64,000 nucleotides of DNA, taken from Macrostomum hystrix (lineage: Eukaryota; Animalia; Platyhelminthes). Below the pieces are notes generated by a model, which saw nothing but the letters and a program-made list of their open reading frames with translations, was not told the origin of the DNA and ran no database searches. The position numbers and the translations under genes are program-made. How positions within the stretch are numbered: the first letter of the stretch is position 1; each line of letters opens with the position of its first letter. Shown here piece by piece: positions 36,701 to 48,274 of this stretch. The stretch covers positions 23,870,001 through 23,934,000 of the forward strand of contig CATNEN010000038.1 of the NCBI GenBank assembly GCA_950097015.1. The letters run 5' to 3'.

Positions 36701-39700
36701 GAGTTGCCATATCGCTTAGTTGGCCACCAGCTTCGCAATAGAAATTAGTCTTATCCAGCACAAGGTAGAGCTGCCTGTCAGCTGTCTGCGCCTCACCAGT
36801 TGCCTTAGCAACAGTGCTCGCTTGACGCAATTCCGCCGAATCAACTAGACGAGGCGGCGACAGCTCATTGTCCTGAACTGCTAGGCCAATAATGCGAGCC
36901 GTTACTGGTGGGAACTCTGGAGAAATACAGGGTTATTAATATAGAATTTGAGAATCAGGGAAATCGACAACTGGACTCTAAGCATCTGGGAGAGTGGCAT
37001 GGGATTCTGAGAATTCGGGAGAGTGACAGTTCTCTCCTGAGCACTCGGGAGAGTGACAGTTCACTCCTGAGCACTCGGGAGAGTGACAGTTCTCTCCTGA
37101 GCATTCGGGAGAGTGACAGTTCTCTCCTGAGCATTCGGGAGAGTGACAGTTCTCTCCTGAGCATTCGGGAGAGTGACAGTTCTCTCCTGAGCATTCGGGA
37201 GAGTGACAGTTCTCTCCTGAGCATTCGGGAGAGTGACAGTTCTCTCCTGAGCATTCGGGAGAGTGACAGTTCTCTCCTGAGCATTCGGGAGAGTGACAGT
37301 TCACTCCTGAGCACTCGGGAGAGTGACAGTTCACTCCTGAGCACTCGGGAGAGTGACAGTTCACTCCTGAGCATTCGGGAGAGTGACAGTTCACTCCTGA
37401 GCACTCGGGAGAGTGACAGTTTACTCCTGAGAACTCGGGAGAGTGACAGTTCACTCCTGAGCACTCAGGAGAGTGACAGTTCACTCCTGAGCAGTCGGGA
37501 GAGTGATAGTTCACTCCTGAGCACTCGGGAGAGTGACAGTTCACTCCTGAGCACTCGGGAGAGTGTCAGTTGCACTCTAAGTGATATGGAAATTGAGGAT
37601 CACATACTCACCGTAGCTTCGATCATCGAATCTTGTAAACTGGTGCCTAGCTTCAACATCCGTAACCGAAATTTGATCAGCGATCAGTCGTAAACTAGAC
37701 GCAGCGTTGGCAACAAAAGAATCTCGTTGTCCAGTCTGATTTCTAATCAGCAGATCTTTGGCAGCGGCCAATACGCCAGCTGACAGTGGCACCGAGTGTA
37801 ATTCGGCAAAGAATGCTACAACATCCAGGGAGCAGCGACCGCCGGGTGTCGTTAGGAAATCCACCAGCCTCTCTGGCGAGCTGCACGCCTCAGCCAGAAC
37901 AGCCGGTGTGAGCCGATCCAATGGTAGGCCGGCTAGAATAGCGGCCTCTTCTTCTAGAAGCAGACATGGCGCATTTTTAGCAATCATATTAGCCAATTCC
38001 GGATGAGCAGAAGCTAATGATTCGCCAATAAGTGGCGCCAACCTAGCTAGGGACCCCGGCTTTAGTCTCAACCGATAAGCGGCATGCAGAGCAGCCCTAG
38101 TGGCCAATTGTCTGAGCTTGTGCTCGGAGCCGCGCGCTCCGGGACGCAAACCGTCGCCAATGGCAACGGCTAGAGAGCGCGCGTGATCAGCTACAATGCG
38201 CAGCGAAGTGTCCAATCGGTAGGACGGTTGATTAGGCGACACGGCACCGGAATAGGCGGGGCCGCCGCTGTTCGTGGCTAAACTGGCGAATAGCGGCGTA
38301 AATAGGTCGGTGTCGTAGGCCGAGGTCACGCCCTTGACGGTGGCAGGTTAGGTCAATTTAGTTGGGATCAATGGGGTGAGAAGTGGAAGAACTACGGGAT
38401 CGGAACTGGGGTGAGAAGTGGAAGAACTACGGGATCGGAACTGGGGTGAGAAGTGGAAGAACTACGGGATCGGAACTGGGGTGAGAAGTGGAAGAACTAC
38501 GGGATCGGAACTGGGGTGAGAAGTGGAAGAACTACGGGATCGGAACTGGGGTGAGAAGGGGTAGAATTGCTGGATCGAAACTAATGGTAAAAAGGGTAGA
38601 ATTATAGGATAGGAACTAGGGTGAGAAAGGGTAGAATTATGGGATCCGAACTGAGATGAGAAGGGGTAGAATGGGATCGGAACTGGGGTAAGAAAGGGAA
38701 GAATTATAGGATCTGAACTGGGGCGAGAAGGGATAGAATTTTGGGATTGGAACTGGGGTGAGAAGGGTGAGAAAAGACACACCTGCACAAGAGCCGCGAG
38801 CCGCTCCAGACCCATGCCAGTGTCCACAGTTCGCATTGCCAATGAAGACAGCTCACCAGAACCAATATTAGGCCTCAGCTTGTCCATAAATACTAGATTC
38901 CATAGTTCAACAACATCAGGCGCCGATGTATTAACGAAACACCTGGCGCATCTGCCGCCAACGTGATCGAAATGAATCTCGGTGCTAACTCCGCACGGGC
39001 CAGTGTCGCCCATCTCCCAGAAATTGTGCTCAATGCCAAATGGTAATAGGCGCTGATCGCTAACGCCTAGGCTAAGCCAGATGTCGCGAGTCTCAGAGTC
39101 TGCGGGCAGGCCTAGCTCCGGGCAGCCGCCAAAATAGGTGATGTACAGCTGAGAGGCTGGCAGCTTCATTGTCTGGAAGATTTTCGGAGGAAAATAACAA
39201 TTTGAAATCTAATTCTAATGCTAATTCATGATAGCTCAAAAACCAAATCACCGCATTTTTCTGAAACTCTTAAAGTACTTTTAAATCCATCCGAAGTCAG
39301 CAACGTCGAGATATTCAGCGATTCTTGTCGAAGAATCTGGTGACAAGGACAGCTGACATTGAAACAACTAACAATTTAATCAATCCAAAATAGTCGAAAA
39401 TGATTGCCGACATGGTTACATGATGAATTTTGTGAGCAGAAAACCAGACACCCCAACGAGAATCGTTCGATGAATATCTCGACGATGTCGATGTTTTGTG
39501 ATTCTGTTTGAGCGTCAACCTAAAAGGCACAGTGAGAGTGTACACTGCCTGAAGATGAGAAATTCAGGGCAGATGTTCGCGTATGCTTGCGCACGCTATC
39601 TGTGTGCGTGTGTGCTCAGGAGTCAGCGAAATGGGCAACGTGCGCTGTTTTTTCTCGAGACTAAGTACGCTCGTAGCTCGTAGAAGTGAAAGTTAAAAAG

Positions 39701-40304
39701 TTACCTCCGTTAAAAACTTCCAAGCCATCTGGCAGGCGTCGCGTTTCCAATAATCGCCAAAGGACCAATTGCCAAGCATTTCAAAGAATGTGTGGTGACT
39801 GCCATCGCGTCCAGCGGATTCTAGATCATTGTGCCGACGACCGCCAACACGAATGCAGCGTTGAACGCTGGCTGCCCGTTTTAAATCGGCAAATCGGGAG
39901 CCCGGCTCGCCTAGAATGCGAGACTTGAACTGGTTCATGCCGGCGTTAATAAAGAACGAGCCTTCGCCATCGCGGGCAACCACAGACGAGGATGGCACAA
40001 CTGTGTGACTGAGCGAACTAGAACTAAAATGATCTAGAAAACGTGCTCGAATCTCCGAACTGCTAATTAAATTTGGCGATTGTTTCAATAGCCAAGGCCG
40101 GCGGATACGCCTAGGTAGTTGGGGCAGGTCGCAAGCGACAGACGATGATGCAGCAGAGGTGGCCACTGCTGGCGAACCGCCGCAACCTAGCGGGCCGCCA
40201 TACGAACTGCTGGCCAAGTTGCTGCTGGACAGAAGGCGACGATGGATTGAGCACAGAGACGATGGCGATGATGAAGATGAGGATAGTGCATGGCGAAGAT
40301 GAGC
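33754..40304 (-). CDS. AARS2: Alanyl-tRNA synthetase, mitochondrial type. Exons: 40304-39705, 39172-38783, 38332-37612, 36916-36693, 36308-35817, 35238-34762, 34367-34266, 33909-33754.
   Basis: Motifs [78 protein letters not shown] and [10 protein letters not shown], with editing motifs HTATH and ELCCGTH. The long S/R/L-rich N-terminal extension suggests a presequence. Junctions are phase-consistent. Confidence 0.92.
34030..34230. repeat. ~23-bp diverged repeat (TGATTTGAGTAATATCCTACTCA)n
   Basis: Direct inspection. Confidence 0.8.
34505..34720 (-). mobile_element. SINE family A copy with internal deletions
   Basis: Shared blocks CTAGACCCGCAGCCAGCGA, GTGTACATCTGCCCTGAC and AATGAATGTGGCCTCGCCG. 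Confidence 0.8.
35350..35592 (+). mobile_element. SINE family A copy with internal deletions
   Basis: Head A/B boxes, first and last hairpins, and TATTATTAT tail. Confidence 0.85.
36418..36630. repeat. 33-bp tandem repeat (GAATCTCACCCTAAGAGAATACGAGACTTCGGG)n
   Basis: Direct inspection. Confidence 0.88.
37015..37575. repeat. 30-bp minisatellite (GAGTGACAGTTCWCTCCTGAGCAYTCGGGA)n
   Basis: Direct inspection. Confidence 0.96.
38375..38770. repeat. 35-bp tandem repeat (GGGGTGAGAAGTGGAAGAACTACGGGATCGGAACT)n
   Basis: Direct inspection. Confidence 0.9.
39520..39640 (+). mobile_element. SINE family A body fragment
   Basis: GGCACAGTGAGAGTGTACACTGCCTGAAGATGAGAAATTCAGGGCAG...CTCAGGAGTCAGCGAAATGGGCA. 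Confidence 0.8.
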
Positions 40305-42778
40305 CTGAATAGTTTTGTAGAAGGAAGACTTTAATTATGCAATTATTTACACTTGTCTCATGTAACAGTTGAATAGAAATTACATCTAACTATTATCAGC
40401 TTATTATATGTACTGGGCTTTTAACTTACAAATTGAATTGTCTTGGTCCTCTTTAGTAGTGCCAATGATGTCACATTTTTACAAATAAAGCACATTTTCA
40501 ATTAGTACTCCAAAGCTGAAAACTAGTATATTTGTTATACATATAAATTGAAAGCACACACAAAATAACAAAAAATTCATTACTAAACACCATTTATGTA
40601 GAAAAAAAATTATCCATTTTCTAGTATAAAGTTCAAACTAAACCAAGAAATAAAACCTATTTTAGGACTAGTCCAGTGTACTAATATTCTAGCTTGAACA
40701 TTCAACTTTTTGTTTTGTTAGTCAAAGATCACATGGCCTTGCTGAATAACTTGATTTTATTTACTAGATTAATGATTGTAGATTGCTATTATTGCTACTA
40801 AGACTACCTAAAATTATAGTGACCATCCTCAGATCATGTTGCCAATGTTTACCCTTGGCTAAACATTTTGACACTTAACAAACAACTATAACAAAGCGTT
40901 CGCAAAGGGACTAGTTAGCTAAGACTACTACAAAAACCTAGTAACTCATATTAGGGACTCTAGTGAGCGAAAAAAAACGAAAAAAGTGAAAACAGATAAA
41001 AAACAATGCTATGTTCTAATGAAAAAAAGAACATAAATTTTATGTTTAGAAAATAAAGCCTACTATCCATAGAAAGAAGATAAAATTTACTTTACAACAA
41101 GTATTTATACTCTACAATTTGTGCATAAACAAAAAAGTTTTATGGTGCCAAAGCTTGTTACTTTTTTAAAGTATTTGTTGTGTGATCCAAATTTAGAAAA
41201 AACTACCTTAGATAGAACTTAGAAATTTTACTAATGCAATGATACTGATATAAATAGATTAAAAATTAAGAAATAGGTTATCAAAATCTATATAAACAAT
41301 TCTTTTTAGTAAAAGACTGTTTTTTTTACTTTGTGAATTTTTTGGTTGAAATTTTCTTTTCTTTGTTTATTGTAGTATTTTCTAAGTTTATCCCATTAAA
41401 ATTTTATGTAGAATTTTATGTAGAATATGATATACTCTTATATATACTTTTTTATTTTCCTTTAGCGGAATCTACCGGAAACATGTTTCTCTAATGTACC
41501 CCTTTTAGGCATTTCAGATGGCTTTTGCAATTGACTGTAAATAGTAAATTGATGTCTATGTGACATCTATTTGTTAAGCTATGGAATAGGTATGGCTTTG
41601 TCACTTGTTTAAAGTCAAAAGAGTTTTATATTGTAAACAAATAAACACGTCTTGTCAGCATAATAATCCTATTTGATGTGAAATCGAAATTTAGTACTTT
41701 AATAAGTGTTAATAGAAGTATATATAATCCATAGAGTAGATAAAAAATGAACTATAGGCCTATGCTTTTGGAATTTTTAAAATACATAAAAAAATAAAGT
41801 TATTGCAATTTTTATGTCTTCCAAGTAAAATCTATCACAGCCCCTTATGGGAAAAATACATTATGAAAACAACTAAAATTTGGATCAAAAATAGATTAAC
41901 TTTTTTATTACTTGACATATTTATGAGTGAGGTGTCTTTTAACTCAGACAAGCAATATGTGTAACATAAGAAAACCAAAAATAAGGAATTTTTTTACTTT
42001 CTGACTGGAGCCCCTACTCATAATTCAGCTATAAGTTAAAGAAAGCTAGTTAGTGTTGTGTAGTATATCTGACTTTTGGCTGCTGCCACAATATCTTAGA
42101 TTAACACTAGCAATAAATAAATAACTTTTTTAATTGCTAGATATCTGCGTACTTGTGTGAACTTGTTAGATAGGCCTGACACATTGTTAACCTATTTGAT
42201 ATTGACAACAAGCAAATCAAAATAATTTCCCTAGATGTAGTCTGTTTCTTGCTCTTTGTTAGGCCAACTGTTTAAAAAAATTATAAAGTTGCAAGCATTT
42301 GAGCTATCTTATGTTCTGTTTTTATTTGAAGTTTAAATTAGGCCTACATTTATTTATCCTTTTACCTTGTCTGATTGGCATATAGCTGTAGGCCCTAAAA
42401 GCAATTTCCCTTTGGTATAATTTGGCAAAAACTGAAGTAGTCCCCTAAAGAAAGACAAATTCTTTCTGGCATATGGGCAGCATGATCCAGACTAGGCATA
42501 TGGTCAAACCCTAATTTACCCTTACCACATCATACATGCGCAAAACCCGGCTGACCCAGCCAAACCCGCCGGTTGAAACGAGGGCCAAGCAAGGTAAGTC
42601 GCAAAAACCAATCGACCAAGAGCAAAAAAATCAGAGGGGGGACCAAGGGACAAAAAAGGAAGGCATGAAGAAAAGGAAAAAGGGGAGAGAAAAAGAGAGC
42701 AAATGAGAGCAAACTAAGTCGTAAATAGAGCAAAAACTAAGTCGCACGGCCGGATAAGATTTGGGAGGTTGCGCATGT

Positions 42779-45424
42779 GAATCCGGTCCATTTCGGTGAC
42801 AAGTCATTTCGGCGACAACCATTTTGGCGACAAGTCATTTCGGCGACAACCACTTCGGCGACAAACATCGAAACCGCAGTAACAATGGATCTGATAGTGT
42901 TTGCTTATTGAGTATGTAATGTATTTGATTGTTCTACTTCTTAATGTATTCCTGTTATAGTATTTGTTTTAACATGTAATATAAATAGCGAGTTTGGATC
43001 AGTTATGGTCCGCGCTCTATGTGCGTCAACCTCACCTGTCTTACTTATAAGTAGCATCGTTTGCAGTCACCAATATTTTATAACTAACATGTTTGTTATC
43101 TACTTCGTTATTCTACACAGGTAGAAGTGCTGTCGCGACTTTCGTCTCTGCCTTCTGTCCTCTATTCACTCTTTCGTTCTCTGCACTTTTCTTGTTTACA
43201 TCGTCCAGTTCAGTCTAGTTCTTTCTCTCTCGTTATCTCTGTGGCTGATCTCTTTTTCTCTATCCTTTCGTTCTTTCCTCCCTTCTGATTCGTCTGCCGC
43301 TCACATTCTAACCTCCTCTCCTACCCTCACTCGCGCACTCTTGTTATCATACCGCCAACCTCCAGTCTGTTCAACTTAACCATGTTTAAATATATAGTCC
43401 AGGGCACACGCCCTCTCACACTTCACCTGACTTCGCTACTCGCAGTTATTCAGTCATGTTTAGCTGTGTTGTTTGCCACGATCTGGTCAGACATAGGCAG
43501 CAAGCGCTGCAATATGACGAATGTTCCAGGTGGCAGCATAGGACCTGCAACAGCAGCGTGACACAGCAGCATTACCGCCAGCTACAGAGACTGGAGAGCT
43601 TCGACTGGTTGTGCAGCCTGTGCTCATGGCCAGTGCCTGAGCAGCCTGAGCCTGAGCAGCCTGACCCTGAGCAGCCTGAGCCTGAGCAGCCTGACCCTGA
43701 GCAGCCCGAGCAGCCTGAGCAGCCTGAGCCTGAGCGAATTGATTGGCAAGAACAGCAACGGCAAGGTGCTGTCCCAGTAGAAGTACCCCCGCCTCAACAT
43801 CTCACACCACGAATTGCAGTACCATTCGAAATTGTTCGTGGCGGTTCAACCAGAGGCAAAGACTCGCTTGTTGTGGATGGCAGATTTACTTTTATCATCA
43901 GCCGCAGATGAGGAGAGGTGGTGTACTGGAGGTGCACAACGCGTAATACCAAGGCGACATGCAAGGCCACAGCGACTCAGCGAGGCAACCTGTTCACGCC
44001 AGGCCCCGCACAGCACAACTATGAGGCGCAGTACCGGCCTGCTGAGAGGAAGAGGCTGCGCCAGGCAGTTGCAGCGTGAGCTAAGCAGCAGCTCTTCATG
44101 TCGGCGCCACAGATTGCATGCGAGGAGCTGCTGGCTGTTATCGACACCTTCCGGCATGGACCGCAGATGCCCAATCCACAACTGCTGGCCCGCACTGCCA
44201 ATCGCAAGCGTGCGGCAGACCGACCGGAGGAACCGGCCGACATTAATTTCGAATTGCATGCCTCGGTGCCTGAGAACTTTGTCGTGCATGACATCAGAGA
44301 ACCTGGTCAACGACATCTGCTGATGGCAACACCCGCAATGCTACACTATCTCCAACGCGCGACGAACTGGTACCTAGACGGCACATTCAGTGTTGTACCA
44401 GCGCCATTTCAGCAGCTGTACTCACTGCACACATTTGTTGTCGGCCCTGAAGGGCACTTAAAGCAGGTGCCATTGCTAATGGTGCTAATGTCTAGTAGAG
44501 GCTACGAGGACTACCGCTTAGTCTTCACTTTCGCCCGTGATGTCCTCTATGGCCGGCCATCTGAGTGCATGATGGACTACGAGGCAGCGGTGTGGCGAGC
44601 AGTACACACCGAGTTTCCAACAGCAACGCGGCATGGTTGTGCCTTTCATTTCACCCAGGCTATCTACCGCCGCATCCTCACCACTGGCCTCGCACCAGCG
44701 TACTCGAATGATGACAGCACGCAGACATTCTGCCGACAACTCATAGCATTGCCATTTCTGCCTGGCAACAGAATCGCGAATGCCTTCTACACACTGCGGA
44801 GCACGGTCACCGATGTTGAACTGAATGGCCTCTGTGACTACGTCCAGGGCACATGGATCTGCGGCTCCAGCTGGCGAGTGCAGGAGCTCTCAGTCTATCA
44901 GCTAGCCATTAGAGCAAACAATGATCTGAGGGCTGGCACAACAAGCTACAGTGCCATGCTATGAGGGCTAATGTGCAGTTCTACTTGCTGCTGAAGCTGC
45001 TGCACCAGGAGGCCCGCCAGGTTGAGATTGATGCAGCGCTACTTAGCCAGGGTGCCACTCGTCGGGACGCACGGCCAGCAGTCCGTGCAAGGCAGGAGGC
45101 CTACTTCCGTCTCTGGGCGGAGTATGAGGCCAGCCCCAGGACTTTAGAGGGACTTCTGCTCGCTTGCAGCTGCATGAATGCCCCTGTGGGACAGTAAGGT
45201 CTTTTACTTTTAATCGAACTTATAGATCTAATCGAGATCACAGTGCATTTGTTGCCGATTTGTTCCGCGCTTCTGCCAATTTGACAGATTTGTGACTTCT
45301 TTTATTCGATTTAAATAAAAGTAAAAAAATATATAAATAAAATAAATTTGTTCCACGGCTTCAAAAGTATTGTCACTGAAATGGTTGTCGCCGAAATGGT
45401 ATGTCGCCGAAATGGACTGTTTCC
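42779..45424 (+). mobile_element. Mutator-like (MULE) DNA transposon, 2646 bp, defective
   Basis: TIRs are built from CATTTCGGYGACA repeats (from 42779 and ending at 45424). The 8-bp TSD is GCGCATGT (42771-42778) / GTGCATGT (45425-45432). An internal transposase is present. Confidence 0.92.
43456..45197 (+). pseudogene. PHD-FLYWCH-MULE DDE transposase pseudogene
   Basis: Domains in order: PHD-like finger (CVVC...C..W.H..C...WLCSLC), PEQ linker, FLYWCH (VYWRC...C...HNY), then YLDGTF, MMDYE, GCAFH and (after restoring frame) NNDLEGWHN. Lesions are in-frame TGA at 43909 and 44077 and a 1-bp deletion near 44928. Confidence 0.9.
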
Positions 45425-45949
45425 GTGCATGTATGTTACCACATGTTTATTGAAACAGTAAGTTATAAATATAAAAACTAAACATAAATTCTTAGTCCTA
45501 CTCAAATATAATATAGCATGATTATATAGGATAGATAGCTAGACTTAGCCAATGAAGTGTCTTTTTAAGTTATGCAAGTAATTTATATTATGGACAATAG
45601 AAGTGCTTAGCTAAGGAAGTCAAGCTAAGAAGCTAGTTTGAAGTAATTAGGTTTTTATATGCCTAAAGAACTAACAAACAAGTTAGTCAAATATAAAATA
45701 ATTAAAGTTAAGTTTTAAGTAGTAAGGGCTATGCATCTTATCATTATCATTCATACGCCTATTAGCTAATTTTAGGGCCCATGGCCATAAATATTTGCAA
45801 GAATTCTGTACTTGAGCTAGTACTTAGTAGTAGGCCCAAGGAATGAAAATTAATAAACTGGCTCACTCACGTGGCAAAGCAATTGATTTTATTTGTCGCT
45901 ATTAGCTAGGCTGCTTAGGTCTGGCCTAGGTAAGGTCTAGGACATAAAA

Positions 45950-46450
45950 TATAGCGACCAGATAAAAATAAAGGTATATAAACTTCAAGTTGACTCATCG
46001 AAAACGCGGTAGCACACCACTTGCAAATTCTGAGCAATTACAACGAGTTGAAATTATGTGCGCAACGAAATTTATTTATATATGCAAACCTAAATCATTT
46101 TATAGGCCTATGTGAAATGCGAAATGTGAAATTATGTGAAATTCTCAGATAAACATGAGCTGCGCGCGTTGCACGAGTCATTCGAATTGTTCAAAAAGTG
46201 CAAATTATGCTTTAATACTTAAACAAAAGTCAATTTATTAGTTTTTTTGTTCTAAACTTTTTTGTGTGATTAGATTTTTGTTCATTACGCTTGGTTATTT
46301 TAGAACATTTTGCGATGTTTTGCTTAAACAAGTATGCTGCGTACTGTTCCAGTGTATTTACGTTTCCAGGAAATGTTCCGTGGTTCGTTCGTGCGTTTTG
46401 CTTTAAACGAAATCATTAATACCTAATCATTATCTTCGTAGGGCCTACTT
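45950..46450. promoter_or_regulatory. Candidate bidirectional promoter region for AARS2 (-) and BAG6 (+)
   Basis: A CpG-retaining patch between divergent genes, flanked on both sides by CpG-depleted DNA. Positional inference only. Confidence 0.35.
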
Positions 46451-47726
46451 GACTTTCTATTTAGTAATCAGGCATCATTCAAAATCTCAGGCTAAAATAA
46501 GCCTTTTTTGCTTTCAGAAGTTAGGACCTTTACTTTATTTCTCATTTGACGCTGATTTATTTTTGTGAACGAGTATTATATTCACAAGAATTGAAACCAG
46601 ACAGTTAGCCTGTTAGGTCTATGTGTTATTGACAGCTAAATGACAGTTACTCTAACAGGCAGTATCACATAGACCTCACCTTTACTAAGTGCTGAGTGCC
46701 TACTATACTATTTGTAGTGTATTGATGTCGCTTTTGGCTAGGGCTTATCAGAATTGGCCCTTTCGCCAGAAGTCTTGTTCTTACTCAGAGTCTGAGGAGA
46801 AATTGCTATTGCTATAAGTCATTGCTATTGTTGCAAACGGTTCAAGCATTCAGAACTTTTCAGGTTGGGAAACAAGCTATAAAGTAAAATAATGATCAGT
46901 GCTAAGATCTTAAGATTTAGTATTATATGAAGGAAACAAGTTTGAAAAATGGTTCTGGTATGTGGTATTTAGGCTACACACTAAATAATGTCTATCAAAC
47001 CAACCACCAAATGGATCATGATATTTAGTAGCATGAATTCACCAAGTTTACCACTGCTAGAATAAACAAATTAATGATATTTTGTTTTCCCTTTGATCTT
47101 GATAGGCTAGTCAGCTTAGGTAAGAAAAGTGCTAGCAAGGTAGCAAGGTAGCAAGGTAGCATCTAGCAAGGTAGATCTTAAGGCTAAATAAGATAGGCCT
47201 AGAACTCTGGGTTAAATCCAAGGATATAGCTAAGCTCAGGGTTTGTTACCACTGGAAAATTTGATCCTCCTAATTGGTGCCCCTTTTAAAGTCCCCTCTC
47301 AGGGACAGGCTCTCAGTGTACCCTATTGGTACAAATAGGCCCTATTATCAGTTTTTGTTTGTAGTGCCTCCTATTTAACTGTTTAAGGATAGGTCTATAG
47401 CCCCCCAAAAATTTTATATGAGATCTGCCTGAGCTGATATGAACTAAAATAATAACTTCATTTTTGGCTAAAGTATATCTGAATTAAGGTTTATTTTGAT
47501 AATGTCTTTTACCAAATTCATTTAGCTGTTTCTTAGCTTAGCCTTGGCCTTTTATAATTTAAAGACAAGTGGTAGAATGGAAGTAAGTTTAATATAGATA
47601 AAACATTATTTTCTAAAAGCTTTTACTTACCCTTTTTCTTCTCAATTAAATGTAGGGCCTAGTCAGCTTGCTAATTATTGTTATAAAAGTGATATAGAAT
47701 CGCCAAAATTGCCAAATTGGCCAGGT

Positions 47727-47899
47727 CAGTGGCGTAGCTAGGGGGGATATGGGGTTATATCCCCCAAGTGGCAGAAAAATTGTGGGACAGTTGAAAGGGG
47801 GAGTATTACCATTAAAACAGTCTATTTTTTAATTGTTCATTCAACTTATTTTTCATTTATCCCTCACCCCCCTATCAAAAATTCTTGGCTACATCACTG
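47727..47899. mobile_element. hAT-type MITE, 173 bp
   Basis: TIR CAGTGGCGTAGC...GCTACATCACTG. Perfect 8-bp TSD GGCCAGGT at 47719-47726 and 47900-47907. Confidence 0.85.
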
Positions 47900-48274
47900 G
47901 GCCAGGTAAATAGAGGGCCAAACACAGTAAGTCGTAAAATCAGCAGATCAAAGGGCAAAAAATCAATGGGGATCAAGAGACATCAAGAGAAAAAAATATA
48001 GCACAAACTGGAAAGTAAAACTGAGAGATATTGGAGAAAAAAAGAACAGTGAAGATGAGGATATGAAAATTGGGATTGTGAAATGTGTTTTTAATTTGTA
48101 GCTATGTAAAGCAATGAAACAAACTAAGTTGCAGATTAGACTCAAAAGTTCACAGTTAAGAGAAAACTAATTTGCAGATAAGGCAAACTAAAGGATAAAT
48201 TAGTAACATGTGTTCGATGGACTTTAAAGTTAATCTTGGCCACAATATACCTATTCAGTGTTTCATTTTCAGAC

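Larger units (their letters stand above)
42531..45435. mobile_element. ~251-bp MITE (42531-42778 plus 45433-45435), split by the MULE inserted in its right TIR
   Basis: TIR is CATACATGCGCAA...TTGCGCATGT|ATG. Perfect 9-bp TSD TTACCACAT at 42522-42530 and 45436-45444. Confidence 0.8.

Noticed and set aside
2813-38770. Long ORFs with repetitive peptides ([37 protein letters not shown] and similar)
   Set aside because: They are translations of minisatellites that lack stops, open in several frames and lying inside introns or intergenic gaps.
43909-44079. Selenocysteine or programmed readthrough at two in-frame TGAs
   Set aside because: The additional frameshift and lost zinc ligands indicate decay; CGA>TGA mutation explains both stops.
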